Shown: one piece after another, positions 1-9,525 of the stretch
Numbering within the stretch: position 1 is the first letter of the stretch
How the letters are laid out: each line of letters starts with the position of its first letter
IMG/VR virus record: IMGVR_UViG_2639762563_000001
Location: 1-39,987 of that record
Length of the DNA: 39,987 nucleotides
Origin: a virus
Direction: 5' to 3' (one strand)
Position numbers and translations under genes: made by a program
The notes under the pieces: generated by a model
Seen by the model: the letters and a program-made list of their open reading frames with translations, nothing else
Database searches by the model: none
What the model was told of the DNA's origin: nothing

Positions 1-231
1 ATGATCGGACGTCGGTCTTACTCCGGCAGTTCGATCGATGTGACGTATCAGTCGATTACTGAGCGTCCTGAGCTTGAAGAACAGGCTGAGAAAGTCGAGT
101 ACGCAACCGATCCTGAAGATATCGGCGAGGAACGAACCGAAGGGATTCCGAAGATCCCCGACGATCAAGAGGTTGAGCGTCCCGATGTCGACGGCCAAAC
201 ATCGTTCGATGACTGGGGGTGGTCGGCGTGA
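1..231 (+). CDS. Hypothetical acidic protein, possibly 5'-truncated by the window edge
   Basis: Acidic ORF ending DGQTSFDDWGWSA. Its stop overlaps the next GTG (GTGA). Confidence 0.6.
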   Translation: MIGRRSYSGSSIDVTYQSITERPELEEQAEKVEYATDPEDIGEERTEGIPKIPDDQEVERPDVDGQTSFDDWGWSA

Positions 232-335
232 GCTATACGCAGACATGTGTTGGGTGCGAGGGAGCCCCGTTCACAGCAGCTGCGCAGTACTGCCCCTGGT
301 GCGGCACCCACCTTGATCGAGGTGAGCTGGCGTGA
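228..335 (+). CDS. 35-aa CPxCG-type zinc-finger microprotein (not in ORF track)
   Basis: Manual translation MSYTQTCVGCEGAPFTAAAQYCPWCGTHLDRGELA. GTGA overlaps at both ends. Confidence 0.7.
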   Translation: MSYTQTCVGCEGAPFTAAAQYCPWCGTHLDRGELA

Positions 336-3300
336 CTGGTGGGCTCTCCCTCAAGATTCAGGTCGAACGCCACCTTGAGGCCAACCCCGACGCATCGATC
401 CCGGCGATCGCCGGCGCGCTCGGCGCACCCCCTGCAGCAATCCGCGACATCGTCGACGGCGAGTCATCCGATTCCACAGAAGACTCAAATGTCACAACGC
501 CGAACAGCGTGAAACGGTCCCGTACGCGGTCGCTTCCATGGCTTAAGACACAGTTTGCGAACTGGTCGGATGCGGACTTCGCGAACCCTGATCCGAACAC
601 CTGGCCCGACGAGTTGCTCGAACGCGAGCAGTGGATGGGTCACGCCGAGAAAAAGCCGTTCGCGCCGTGGGGGGACAAGGACGCCCCCGCCGAGTGCAAT
701 AAAGACGGCCACGACACCGCTTCGACATGCGAATGCGATGCTCGTTGGAAGTGGGGCTATCACGGCCACTACGTCGACGGGGAGACCGTCGCGATGGCCG
801 AAATCGATCCGCGACTCGATGGGCGAGCGTTCCTCCAGACGGAGGCCGATCCGTACGTCTACGTCGACGGTGACGATGTCCGCTGTCCCGAGACTGGTGA
901 CGTCCACCCAGCGTTCGTCGCGATCCTCGAACAGCTAGGCGCAACGTACGCAGATATTTCGCAGTCCGGTACCGGTGTTCACGCAATCTACCGAGGCGAC
1001 TTCGATGATCTCGACCTCAAACAAGCCGGCTGGCGACTCGACGAGGATCCATGGGGCGACAACGAGGACCTCCCGTCGATCGAGATCTATCCCGGCAAAC
1101 GCGTTTGCGTAATGACCGGCGAGCACGTCCCCGGGACGCCGACTGAGATTCACGAGTGGAACGACGACGTCCTCGAACCAATCTGTGAAGCGACCAACCA
1201 ATTCGGACAGGGGGGTCACGACCGCGACCAGGACAACGTTTCGTTCGATCGCGACGATTACGATCTCCAGGACTACGAACCCGACGCGACCTTGAGCAGC
1301 GAGACGACCGACGATATCCGCGACGTCTTCGCGGCGATAGATCGACTCGACGCCCAGCGGGTCGCCGACCGGACGATCGTCCAGCGCTGGAACGACGGTG
1401 CCTCTACAAGTGATGGCGAGCGTGCGTTCTGGCCTACCTGGGGCTCACTCTCCGATGGTGGGACGGCGAACATCGTGAACGATGAACGCTGGCAGGACAC
1501 CGGCGAACTCCGCGGCTACGGTGGCGTGGTCACGATGGCCGCGATCGACGCCGGTGAGATTCGACCCGCGAACGCCCGGCCCGTCGACGGTGAGACCTGG
1601 TGGCGCGGTGTCGACCGACTCCGCGAGCTCGGCTTTGCGATCCCGGAGTACGAACCCGATGACAACTATAAGGGAGAGAGCGATGGCCGTGCCGTCTCTG
1701 CTTTACCGATCGCACAATTAGACGCGCTCGAACCGGCTGAACGACGTAGATACGCCAAGGAACGCGGTCTCGAGTGGCCGTCGACGGACGACGCTCGCGA
1801 AGAGCTCTTCGAGACGATTGCCGAAGTGATCCGTGAGGAAGACGACCGGATCGTCGACGCCCCCACATCACTCGGAAAGTCGTTCACGATCGCGTCGACG
1901 CGCTGGGGTGCTCGCGAGGATATCACCGGTGATCGACCGGTCGTCCACCTCCTCGAGACACGAGAGGCTCGCGACGAAGCCGTCGATGTCGCCGAAGCGC
2001 ACGGCGGCCAGTACCACGTCCTCCTCGGTCGCCACGAGGCGTGCCCGGTGTGTGCCGGCAACCATGACGACGAGATATCGATCGACGATGAGCCTGCCAG
2101 CGAGTGGCTCGATCGCCAGTGTGAGGGGAAGGGAATGCCCTTCTCGGCAGCGCATCGCTACCTCGAGGAGCACAACGACCAGGGCGATGAGCTCCCCTGT
2201 GGCGGCGACCGGTGTTCAGCAATCACACAGTGGGAGACCTATCGCGAAGGTCCTAATGGCGAGCTCGACTACTGGCCGCTCGTCATCGCGACGCACAACT
2301 TTGCGTTCGCTCCTGGCCTGCGGATGCACAACAACGTCGTCGTCGACGAAGAGCCCAGCTACGAACAGGACGATCTCTCGACGAGTCGGATTCGAGACGC
2401 CGTCGGTGCCTACCTCCGTGAGATCAACGCGCCGGTGAAGACCTGGGAAGCTTTCGTCCAACTCTCTCGGCACGATGACTACCAGGGCGACGCCGCGAAC
2501 GAACGTGATGCGCTCGAAGACGTCCTTTGGACCGATCCCGGTCAAGAGTGGTACTTCGAGGACCCCGATGCCCACACGCTCGCACCGGCGCTCGCGAGAG
2601 CCATCTTCCACGCCGAGGATCGGGCGAACGGCCGCCGATTCGGGAAGACGATGCACGAACCACCGCGCCTCGAGGCCGGCGTTCGCGATGACGACGAGTG
2701 GAACCGCGAATGGGTGAGCGTTGTCCTGGACGAGAGCAACGACGTCCGCTCAGTTCGGACCGTCCCCGACTTCGGCGCTGCGCGATCGGTCGTCGGACTC
2801 GATGCCCATCCTGCAGTGCCGCTCTGGCAGGCGAACACGTTGCCGTGGATCAAGACGACAAATGTTCTCGAACCCGAACAGCGCCAACTCTGGCGACGAT
2901 ACGAACGCGGACTTCGCGTTGTCCAAGTCGGCGACGCGACCCGACCACTCTCCGGAAGCAAGGCACTCGAGTGGCTCAACGAGGACAAACTTGAGGTCCT
3001 GCTCGACCAGCTCGTCGACGAGTACGGTACCCAGTTCCGGACGGCGATCACAACGGGACAGGTTGAGGATCGACTCGAGGAGCTCATGGAAGAGGCTGGC
3101 TGCCATCGGCCCGAGTTGATGCACTTCGGCGAGGAAAAGAGCCGGAACGACTTCGAACATGAACGTATCGGACTGGTCAACGGCTGCATGGATCCCGGTG
3201 ACGACTACGTCGTCGATCTCCTCGCCGAACTCGACCTCGAAGCCGAGGTAGAGACTGCCGTCGACGACGCCGGCGAGGAGTACCGTGCCCGCGGCCGCGG

Positions 3301-3877
3301 CTTCGAGGGCCAGGACGCCGAGACTGCGAAGGAGATCCTCGCTTCAGTACGCGAGAACCACATCGCTCAGGCCGCCGGTCGGTACGCCCGATCTCCCGAT
3401 AATCCCGATGTGACGGCGACGGTGTTCGTTCGGACCGATGCGATGCCCACCAATTTCGCCGACGTCCAGACACCAGGTGTCGAGTGGGTCTACTCCGATC
3501 TCCAGAAGACGATCGTCGACGAACTCCGCTCGAGCCATCGCTCGCGAACAGTGCGGGAGCTCTCCGATGCTGTTGGGTGCTCGAAAGAGCACGTCCGCCA
3601 GACACTCGAGCGACTTGTCGAGCGTGATGCTGTCCAAGCGATCGAGGGAATGGGCGTGAACGGAGCAACGCTGTACAGCGATTCCGGCCTTCCACATTCA
3701 GGCGTTGTTGACATTCAGGAATCGCCAACTCCCCCCTACGAAGACTCTAGTAGGTGGGCGTTGGCGATTCGAGAGCCAACTACGTACGATGACGTCGATC
3801 AGGGGGTGAGTGGCACGGATAGTGGCGACACTCGACCAACAATCTGGCCACAACCGGCCCCTGATACGGGTGACTGA
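332..3877 (+). CDS. Primase-polymerase / SF2 helicase / C-terminal HTH fusion (probable replication protein)
   Basis: Prim-pol-like motifs YVDGDD, ISQSGTGVH and IEIYPGKRVCVMTG. Helicase motifs DAPTSLGKS (Walker A), VVVDEEP (Walker B) and QAAGRYAR (SF2 motif VI). HTH TVRELSDAVGCSKEHVRQTL. Confidence 0.75.
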   Translation: MTGGLSLKIQVERHLEANPDASIPAIAGALGAPPAAIRDIVDGESSDSTEDSNVTTPNSVKRSRTRSLPWLKTQFANWSDADFANPDPNTWPDELLEREQWMGHAEKKPFAPWGDKDAPAECNKDGHDTASTCECDARWKWGYHGHYVDGETVAMAEIDPRLDGRAFLQTEADPYVYVDGDDVRCPETGDVHPAFVAILEQLGATYADISQSGTGVHAIYRGDFDDLDLKQAGWRLDEDPWGDNEDLPSIEIYPGKRVCVMTGEHVPGTPTEIHEWNDDVLEPICEATNQFGQGGHDRDQDNVSFDRDDYDLQDYEPDATLSSETTDDIRDVFAAIDRLDAQRVADRTIVQRWNDGASTSDGERAFWPTWGSLSDGGTANIVNDERWQDTGELRGYGGVVTMAAIDAGEIRPANARPVDGETWWRGVDRLRELGFAIPEYEPDDNYKGESDGRAVSALPIAQLDALEPAERRRYAKERGLEWPSTDDAREELFETIAEVIREEDDRIVDAPTSLGKSFTIASTRWGAREDITGDRPVVHLLETREARDEAVDVAEAHGGQYHVLLGRHEACPVCAGNHDDEISIDDEPASEWLDRQCEGKGMPFSAAHRYLEEHNDQGDELPCGGDRCSAITQWETYREGPNGELDYWPLVIATHNFAFAPGLRMHNNVVVDEEPSYEQDDLSTSRIRDAVGAYLREINAPVKTWEAFVQLSRHDDYQGDAANERDALEDVLWTDPGQEWYFEDPDAHTLAPALARAIFHAEDRANGRRFGKTMHEPPRLEAGVRDDDEWNREWVSVVLDESNDVRSVRTVPDFGAARSVVGLDAHPAVPLWQANTLPWIKTTNVLEPEQRQLWRRYERGLRVVQVGDATRPLSGSKALEWLNEDKLEVLLDQLVDEYGTQFRTAITTGQVEDRLEELMEEAGCHRPELMHFGEEKSRNDFEHERIGLVNGCMDPGDDYVVDLLAELDLEAEVETAVDDAGEEYRARGRGFEGQDAETAKEILASVRENHIAQAAGRYARSPDNPDVTATVFVRTDAMPTNFADVQTPGVEWVYSDLQKTIVDELRSSHRSRTVRELSDAVGCSKEHVRQTLERLVERDAVQAIEGMGVNGATLYSDSGLPHSGVVDIQESPTPPYEDSSRWALAIREPTTYDDVDQGVSGTDSGDTRPTIWPQPAPDTGD

Positions 3878-3952
3878 CCTCGTCACCCGGCGTCTCGAAG
3901 CCTTGCTCGCCCCGCTGGAACCAGCCGCGGCACTCGCCACGAAACAAAGCCC

Positions 3953-4204
3953 ATGAGCCTCCCCGATAACACTGACGTCGACGCAGTCCGCTCGAGCCTT
4001 CCACCGAGCGCCAACTACGTTCTCGAGGCCGTCGGCGATGCGGGTGGGTCGATCTCCCGGGAGGAACTCATCGATCGAAGCTACTACTGCGACCGGACGG
4101 TCGATCGGGCGATCTCGCAGCTCGAGGACCGCAACCTCGTTCGACGCGATCGCGTTGATGACGACCTGCGTTATGTTCACGTGAAAACTACTGAAATATC
4201 CTGA
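3953..4204 (+). CDS. Small MarR-like winged-helix DNA-binding protein
   Basis: SREELIDRSYYCDRTVDRAISQLEDRNLVRR wHTH pattern. Confidence 0.7.
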   Translation: MSLPDNTDVDAVRSSLPPSANYVLEAVGDAGGSISREELIDRSYYCDRTVDRAISQLEDRNLVRRDRVDDDLRYVHVKTTEIS

Positions 4205-4380
4205 GACGGTCGAAACCGCACTCGAGAGAGCAACGACCGACAAAATGTCGCACGCGCGTACCCTTATCACCACACCGGAGCATATCAAAAGATAACACGA
4301 ACGCTGCAAGGGCGTCGAGTCGGCGACGCGGTCGCCGGCGATGATCCCGTCCGCCCTACAGCGTCGCTTTTCTCAAATCC

Positions 4381-4914
4381 ATGTCAACGACAGCTCCGAC
4401 CCCGACCGACGGCCACGTCTCCCCACAACGGGCGTTCGATCACATCGTCTGGCAGAATCCGAGATGCTGTAACGCGTGCTTCGAGCGCGTCAAGGACATC
4501 GACAAGGCGACGTTTAGTGGTGGTGTCTACGAATACGACGCACAAGATCATCACCGAACGCCTCAAGCAACGCTCGAGCCGGACGAACGAATCGTCCAGG
4601 ATGTCGACGTCGACGGTCGAGGAACGACCCGTCCGAGCCAGCAGCGCAGCGCCGTCCCACGGACCACCTGCCGGACCTGCGCTCGGATCGGTTGCTGGGC
4701 TGACGACGATACACTCTCGAAGATGCAAGCAGTTCGACTGACGACGCCACTGGCTCGCCGGCTTGAGGAAGCTGGTCTCGAGTTCGACAAGTCCGTTCTC
4801 CGAAGAGCGGTCCGCCTCTTCAAAGAACGCGACGACGTCCAGGGCTACGACACCGAGATTTTCCGTCGGTCAGTAAAGCTCGCAGTTCTCCGAGGTGATT
4901 CGCATGGCCAGTGA
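4381..4914 (+). CDS. Hypothetical protein with paired Cys motifs (possible Zn binding)
   Basis: RCCNAC and TCRTCARIGC motifs. First gene after a 176-bp intergenic region. Confidence 0.65.
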   Translation: MSTTAPTPTDGHVSPQRAFDHIVWQNPRCCNACFERVKDIDKATFSGGVYEYDAQDHHRTPQATLEPDERIVQDVDVDGRGTTRPSQQRSAVPRTTCRTCARIGCWADDDTLSKMQAVRLTTPLARRLEEAGLEFDKSVLRRAVRLFKERDDVQGYDTEIFRRSVKLAVLRGDSHGQ

Positions 4915-5152
4915 GACGGCTACAACACGACTGATCAAGACAGCCATCGCCGGCGTTATTCTCCTTGCACTGTTCGCTAGCTGGTTGGCTATGGAATGGA
5001 CCGGGCGCGAACCGGATTCGCTCATTCTTCTGGGCGCGGTCGCGATCGCCATCGGAGCTGGCTACTATCTCTGGGATGATGCGATGTCAGATGGCGTTCA
5101 AGCTGTCGGCGACCTCCAGGGCGAGGATGGTGGCGACAGTCAAGAGGACTGA
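4904..5152 (+). CDS. Small two-TM membrane protein (holin-like architecture)
   Basis: Two hydrophobic helices and an acidic tail. GAGGTGA Shine-Dalgarno precedes ATG 4904. Confidence 0.65.
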   Translation: MASETATTRLIKTAIAGVILLALFASWLAMEWTGREPDSLILLGAVAIAIGAGYYLWDDAMSDGVQAVGDLQGEDGGDSQED

Positions 5153-5235
5153 TAGATGCCATGTCTGTTAGACCACAATCCGACAATCTGCTGTACCGCG
5201 CGAAAATCGAGCTCGTTTGTCTGGGGAGAACGCTG

Positions 5236-5484
5236 ATGCCTGACAAAGAGACACACGAACGGACGATCGCGACTATCATCCTGTTCGGTGTCTGGGCGGC
5301 GATCGTCCTTGGACCGATGTTTTTCGGGGCTCGACCCGCCCCGTGGGAACTTCAACTTGGGACGACCGCCGTCGTGTTCCTCGTCATCGGTCGGATGTGG
5401 GACCTCGAGGTCGAGCGCGTCCTCGACGGAATCACGATTTCGACCGACGGTGGCCAGCCTCGAGACGACGACCGCGAGGACTGA
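5236..5484 (+). CDS. Small two-TM membrane protein (holin-like architecture)
   Basis: IATIILFGVWAAIVLGPMFF and LGTTAVVFLVIG helices. Start chosen at ATG 5236; the ORF is open from 5161. Confidence 0.65.
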   Translation: MPDKETHERTIATIILFGVWAAIVLGPMFFGARPAPWELQLGTTAVVFLVIGRMWDLEVERVLDGITISTDGGQPRDDDRED

Positions 5485-5491
5485 CGCTGCC

Positions 5492-5507
5492 TATTTATAG
5501 TATATAC
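5492..5507 (+). promoter_or_regulatory. Probable TATA box of the late packaging/head operon
   Basis: TATTTATAGTATATAC is an isolated AT block upstream of terS. Confidence 0.45.
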
Positions 5508-5542
5508 TACCCCCGATCACTTCTGAACGGTTTTCGAACTCC

Positions 5543-6232
5543 ATGAGTACCAAACAACGCCGCGTCACACTCGCGCTGAAGTGGCACTACCTCGACAATC
5601 TCAAGGTCAGTGACATCCAGCAGCGATTCGAGGACGAAGGTATCGGCTCCTACGCAGAGTCGACCATCCGTCGGTACCTCAACGAGGAGCCGGCCGAGGA
5701 GGTCCTCGAGCAGATCGAGCAGGAGCACGCCAACACCCGCCTCCAGATCGCCGAGCGAGAGGAGCGACTGTATCAGCGCGCTCGAGAGGCCGAGTCGAAG
5801 TCGCTGCAGGACGAACCGATCATCCGCGTCGTCCCGAAGACCGACACCGTCTCGACCGACCGTGAGACGCCCATGCAGTGGCCGGCGTGGGAGATCGTCG
5901 ACCCCGACGACGATGACCGACCGGAGTGGACAGAGGACCGGGACGTCATCATTCGCTTCGACGAGGATCGGACGACATCGGTCATGCCGGGCGAGACGTA
6001 CCCGCTCCGGTCGGTCGACGGCTCGCCGCGCTACACCAAGGAGTTCGACGGCCTCGAGCGCGACCAGGACGACCTCGAGGGCCAGTCGATGGCTCGGCGG
6101 GAACAGTCCCAGCACCTCCAGGCGAAGGGCGACGTCCTCGGCGTCTACAAGGACAAGGTCGAACTGAGCGGCGAAGGCGGCGGCGCAATCGAGGTGAACG
6201 TCAACCGTGAGCGCTACGAACCAGACGAGTGA
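5543..6232 (+). CDS. terS: Terminase small subunit
   Basis: N-terminal HTH, C-terminal LGVYKDKVELSGEGGGAIEV typical of TerS, and position directly before TerL. Confidence 0.75.
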   Translation: MSTKQRRVTLALKWHYLDNLKVSDIQQRFEDEGIGSYAESTIRRYLNEEPAEEVLEQIEQEHANTRLQIAEREERLYQRAREAESKSLQDEPIIRVVPKTDTVSTDRETPMQWPAWEIVDPDDDDRPEWTEDRDVIIRFDEDRTTSVMPGETYPLRSVDGSPRYTKEFDGLERDQDDLEGQSMARREQSQHLQAKGDVLGVYKDKVELSGEGGGAIEVNVNRERYEPDE

Positions 6233-7580
6233 GCCAGTCGAGATCGGCGGCGAGTACTGGGATGCCCAGCTCCGAGCGTTCGATGCCCTCGAGTCGGGCG
6301 ACTACGACGTCGTCGTCTTCCGCGCCGGCTACGGTGGCGGCAAAACCCTGTTCGGGAGCGACTACGTCCTCGGCGAGGCGATGCAGACGCCGAACGGGCA
6401 CTCGCTGATCCTCGCACCCGACAAGACGAAGGGTGGCCCGGCGACCTACAAAGGCTTCTACGAGCGCCTCCCCGGAGAGAACACCGTCCCAAACGACGCC
6501 GACGGCGACCCGGAGAACTCGCCGATCGTCGCCGGCCACCACGGCACCAAGCATCGGGTCACGCTCATCAACGGGCACATCATCCAGCTCGGTGGCGCGG
6601 ACATCTGGAGCCGGTTCGCCGGGACGGAGTTCAACGTGATCTGGTGCGACGAGGTCGCCCACTACGGGACGACTGACCTGTACGACCTGCACGAGATGCT
6701 CGTCACGCGCCAACGGACCGAGCAGGGTCCGAACGTCACACTCTGGACGTCGACGGGCAACGGCTTCAACCAGTTCTACGACATCACCGAGCGCCAGATC
6801 CAGCCCGACGGCGCCGGCGGCGAAGAACCGCTCCCGTGGCGCGATCGGATGAAGGTGGTCGTCGGCGACACTCGAGATAACCCGTTCCACAACGAACTCG
6901 AGAAGATGAAAGCCCAGTTCGAGGGCACCGAGCGCGAGAAACAAGCGCTCGAGGGTGGCTTCTCCGCTGCGGAAGGTCTCGTTTACGGCCAGTTCTCTCG
7001 GGAGGTACATGTCCCCGAGGTCGACGTCGACGGCCTGATCCCCGAGGACGCCACGCCAATCTACGGCTACGATGCTGGTTGGGATCACCCCCGCGTCCTG
7101 GTCCAGTGGTATCCAACCCACCACGATCAGTGGATCGCGACCGACTGCTACTACGCCTCCGAAATGGCGTTTGACGACCTGTGTGATCCCGAGGACCGTT
7201 CTGGATACGTCTACGACAACGATCTCGAGCGCGGGCCACTGTACGCCGAACACGAACCCGAGCACATTCAGAAGTTCAACCAGGCAGGTTTCAACGCCCA
7301 GAAGGCCAGCAAGAGCCTCGACGAGGGAATTCCGTTTGTACGGGGCCTACTCGAAGTTAAAGGCGACCCCGAGCGGCCGGGTCTTCTGGTCTCCGATGAC
7401 TGCGTCGAGTTGGTCCAAGAGTTCCAGAGCTACAAAGAGGAACACGTCGGGTCCTCGGGCGACGTCCCCGATCACGTCCTGGACGCCAGCCGATACGCGC
7501 TGTTCACCCACGATTCTGAACCCGAGACCACCGTCCACTACAAGTCTGGCTCGATGCCCAGTCAGAACTCCATTCGATAA
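6207..7580 (+). CDS. terL: Terminase large subunit
   Basis: Walker A RAGYGGGKT, Walker B VIWCDEVAH, nuclease motifs YGYDAGW and DHVLDASRYA. Confidence 0.93.
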   Translation: MSATNQTSEPVEIGGEYWDAQLRAFDALESGDYDVVVFRAGYGGGKTLFGSDYVLGEAMQTPNGHSLILAPDKTKGGPATYKGFYERLPGENTVPNDADGDPENSPIVAGHHGTKHRVTLINGHIIQLGGADIWSRFAGTEFNVIWCDEVAHYGTTDLYDLHEMLVTRQRTEQGPNVTLWTSTGNGFNQFYDITERQIQPDGAGGEEPLPWRDRMKVVVGDTRDNPFHNELEKMKAQFEGTEREKQALEGGFSAAEGLVYGQFSREVHVPEVDVDGLIPEDATPIYGYDAGWDHPRVLVQWYPTHHDQWIATDCYYASEMAFDDLCDPEDRSGYVYDNDLERGPLYAEHEPEHIQKFNQAGFNAQKASKSLDEGIPFVRGLLEVKGDPERPGLLVSDDCVELVQEFQSYKEEHVGSSGDVPDHVLDASRYALFTHDSEPETTVHYKSGSMPSQNSIR

Positions 7581-7583
7581 CTC

Positions 7584-9119
7584 ATGTCTACGACACAATC
7601 CACATCAGGCCCGATCCGTGGCCGCGTCGAAGCGCTCGCCGAACGCATCAGCCAGACCGTCGAGACGGTCACGCGTAACTCGCGGATCTTCATCGAGAGC
7701 GGCGACGTCGACGACATCAACCCGCCCGAGGACATCGACGAGTACCACGACTACTATCTCGAGATCGGCATCATCCGAGCGAACATCAACCAGTTCGTCC
7801 GCGATGTCGTCAAGCCGGGCGTCCGGATCACCGCGGATGACGACACCACTGAAGCCTACTTCATGGGCGGTGACGATGCTCCCGAGTCTGCTCCTGCGGG
7901 CGGCTTCCTCGAGAACTGCGCGGTCCTCGCCGGCGAGAAACGCCAGCCGTTCTACCCCTATCTGAAACAGGACATCGTCCAGAAGTGGACGAAAGGGACG
8001 ACGCTCAACGAGTACCTCAAGCAGGACGGCAAAGAGACGGATCCTGAGGGCCCGATTACGGGCTTCAAGCATATCCGACCGGAGACGGTCTCGGCGAGAA
8101 CGTACGCGAATACGAACATCCTCCTCGAGCCTGACGACATCGAGACGGCCGAAGAGGACGAGATCACGAAGCGCGGAGAGGCGGCAGCCTACGTTCAGTT
8201 CGACGACCAGTCGATCGTCGGTCAGCGCCGAGACGGCATGGACGAAGACGAGGTCCTCCTCTCACAGAACGACGTCCTCAAGCGAACGATCGACCCGGAC
8301 ATCGGCGGCGACGATGCGACCGAAGAAGGGATATTCGGGTCGCCTCCGCTCGAGGCGTGCGCCGCTGACGCCGAAGAGTATCGATCGATCAAACGCGACC
8401 GGGCAGTTGCCATCAAGAAGACTGCCTACGGTGTCTGGCTCGTAGAGTTCGATACCGAAGTCACAGAGGTGGGCGATGACGAGGTGATCGTCGAGACGTG
8501 GGATCAGGACGAGCAAGATGAGTGGGTTTCGAACGTCAACGACCTCGAGGCCGGCGGGATCATCGGCCACGATGGCTCGATCACGCCCGACCAGTGGGAG
8601 CCGACAATCCCCGAACTCGACGGTCCGCTCGAGCACTACGTCGCGGACATCCTCGCACCGCTCCCGGCGCCGAAGTACGCGACCGCGTTCGGTGAGTCGA
8701 TCGCTAACCACGTCTCGGACCGGCAGGAAAACTCCTACCAGGACACGGTCGTCGAGGAACGCCGGGACGCCGAGCGCGACTGGACGCAGGCGTTCCGTGC
8801 GGTCGCGGATCGACACCCAGACCTCGATCCGGCCGGCCTCGAGGTGAAGATCGCGCCGAAGGAGAGCGACAACCCGATCGCGACGCTGGACGATGACGAG
8901 ATCGAGAAAATGGAGCAGTTCATGACGGCGCTGAACGAGGGCCTCGGGAACGTGCCGATCGACTCGGTCCTGGACCTCAAGGAGTTCCTCCAGACGACGA
9001 TGGATCTCCCCGAAGACGTCTTCGTCGATGGCGAGATCGAGGTCGATGAGTCGGCCCCGGACATGCAGGAAATGTTCGGCGAGACACCCGGCGAGGAGGC
9101 CACGGAGGCTGATGACTGA
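7584..9119 (+). CDS. Portal protein
   Basis: 511 aa, directly after TerL, GIFGSPPLEA motif, acidic tail. Confidence 0.8.
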   Translation: MSTTQSTSGPIRGRVEALAERISQTVETVTRNSRIFIESGDVDDINPPEDIDEYHDYYLEIGIIRANINQFVRDVVKPGVRITADDDTTEAYFMGGDDAPESAPAGGFLENCAVLAGEKRQPFYPYLKQDIVQKWTKGTTLNEYLKQDGKETDPEGPITGFKHIRPETVSARTYANTNILLEPDDIETAEEDEITKRGEAAAYVQFDDQSIVGQRRDGMDEDEVLLSQNDVLKRTIDPDIGGDDATEEGIFGSPPLEACAADAEEYRSIKRDRAVAIKKTAYGVWLVEFDTEVTEVGDDEVIVETWDQDEQDEWVSNVNDLEAGGIIGHDGSITPDQWEPTIPELDGPLEHYVADILAPLPAPKYATAFGESIANHVSDRQENSYQDTVVEERRDAERDWTQAFRAVADRHPDLDPAGLEVKIAPKESDNPIATLDDDEIEKMEQFMTALNEGLGNVPIDSVLDLKEFLQTTMDLPEDVFVDGEIEVDESAPDMQEMFGETPGEEATEADD

Positions 9120-9525
9120 TGGGTCACGACGAAGTCAGAGAACACTATAAACGGCACTTCCCGGACGACGAGTGCGTTTACGTGTCGGGGACCGGTTTTA
9201 CGGACCCGACGAAACACAGCTACACGGCGCTTGGGAAGCTCCCAGAAACCGATAGCCGGTCCTACAACGGCTGTGAACACGTCAATACCCACCGCCTCGT
9301 CATCCACACACCGGCAAAAGGACCGGTCGACTTTCTGACTCGTCATGAGGATATGGAGGGCTTCGTCATAGTCGCGCTTCGACTGGCGATTGAGGGAGAC
9401 AACCGATTCGGGCCAGCGGGAGAGCTGGTGTTCAACCAGGAATGGCTCGAGGACAATCTGGGCGGCCCCATCCAATGGGAAGCTCGCTCCGACGACCCCG
9501 ACTACGTGGAGGCTGACGACTGATG
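9104..9525 (+). repeat. 18-bp direct repeat GGAGGCTGAYGACTGATG at 9104-9121 and 9508-9525, flanking the 134-aa gene
   Basis: Read directly: ggaggctgatgactgatg versus ggaggctgacgactgatg, one mismatch. Confidence 0.8.
9119..9523 (+). CDS. Hypothetical protein inserted between portal and gp7-like genes
   Basis: TGATG coupling at both ends. Ends in the same EADD as the portal. Confidence 0.65.
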   Translation: MGHDEVREHYKRHFPDDECVYVSGTGFTDPTKHSYTALGKLPETDSRSYNGCEHVNTHRLVIHTPAKGPVDFLTRHEDMEGFVIVALRLAIEGDNRFGPAGELVFNQEWLEDNLGGPIQWEARSDDPDYVEADD

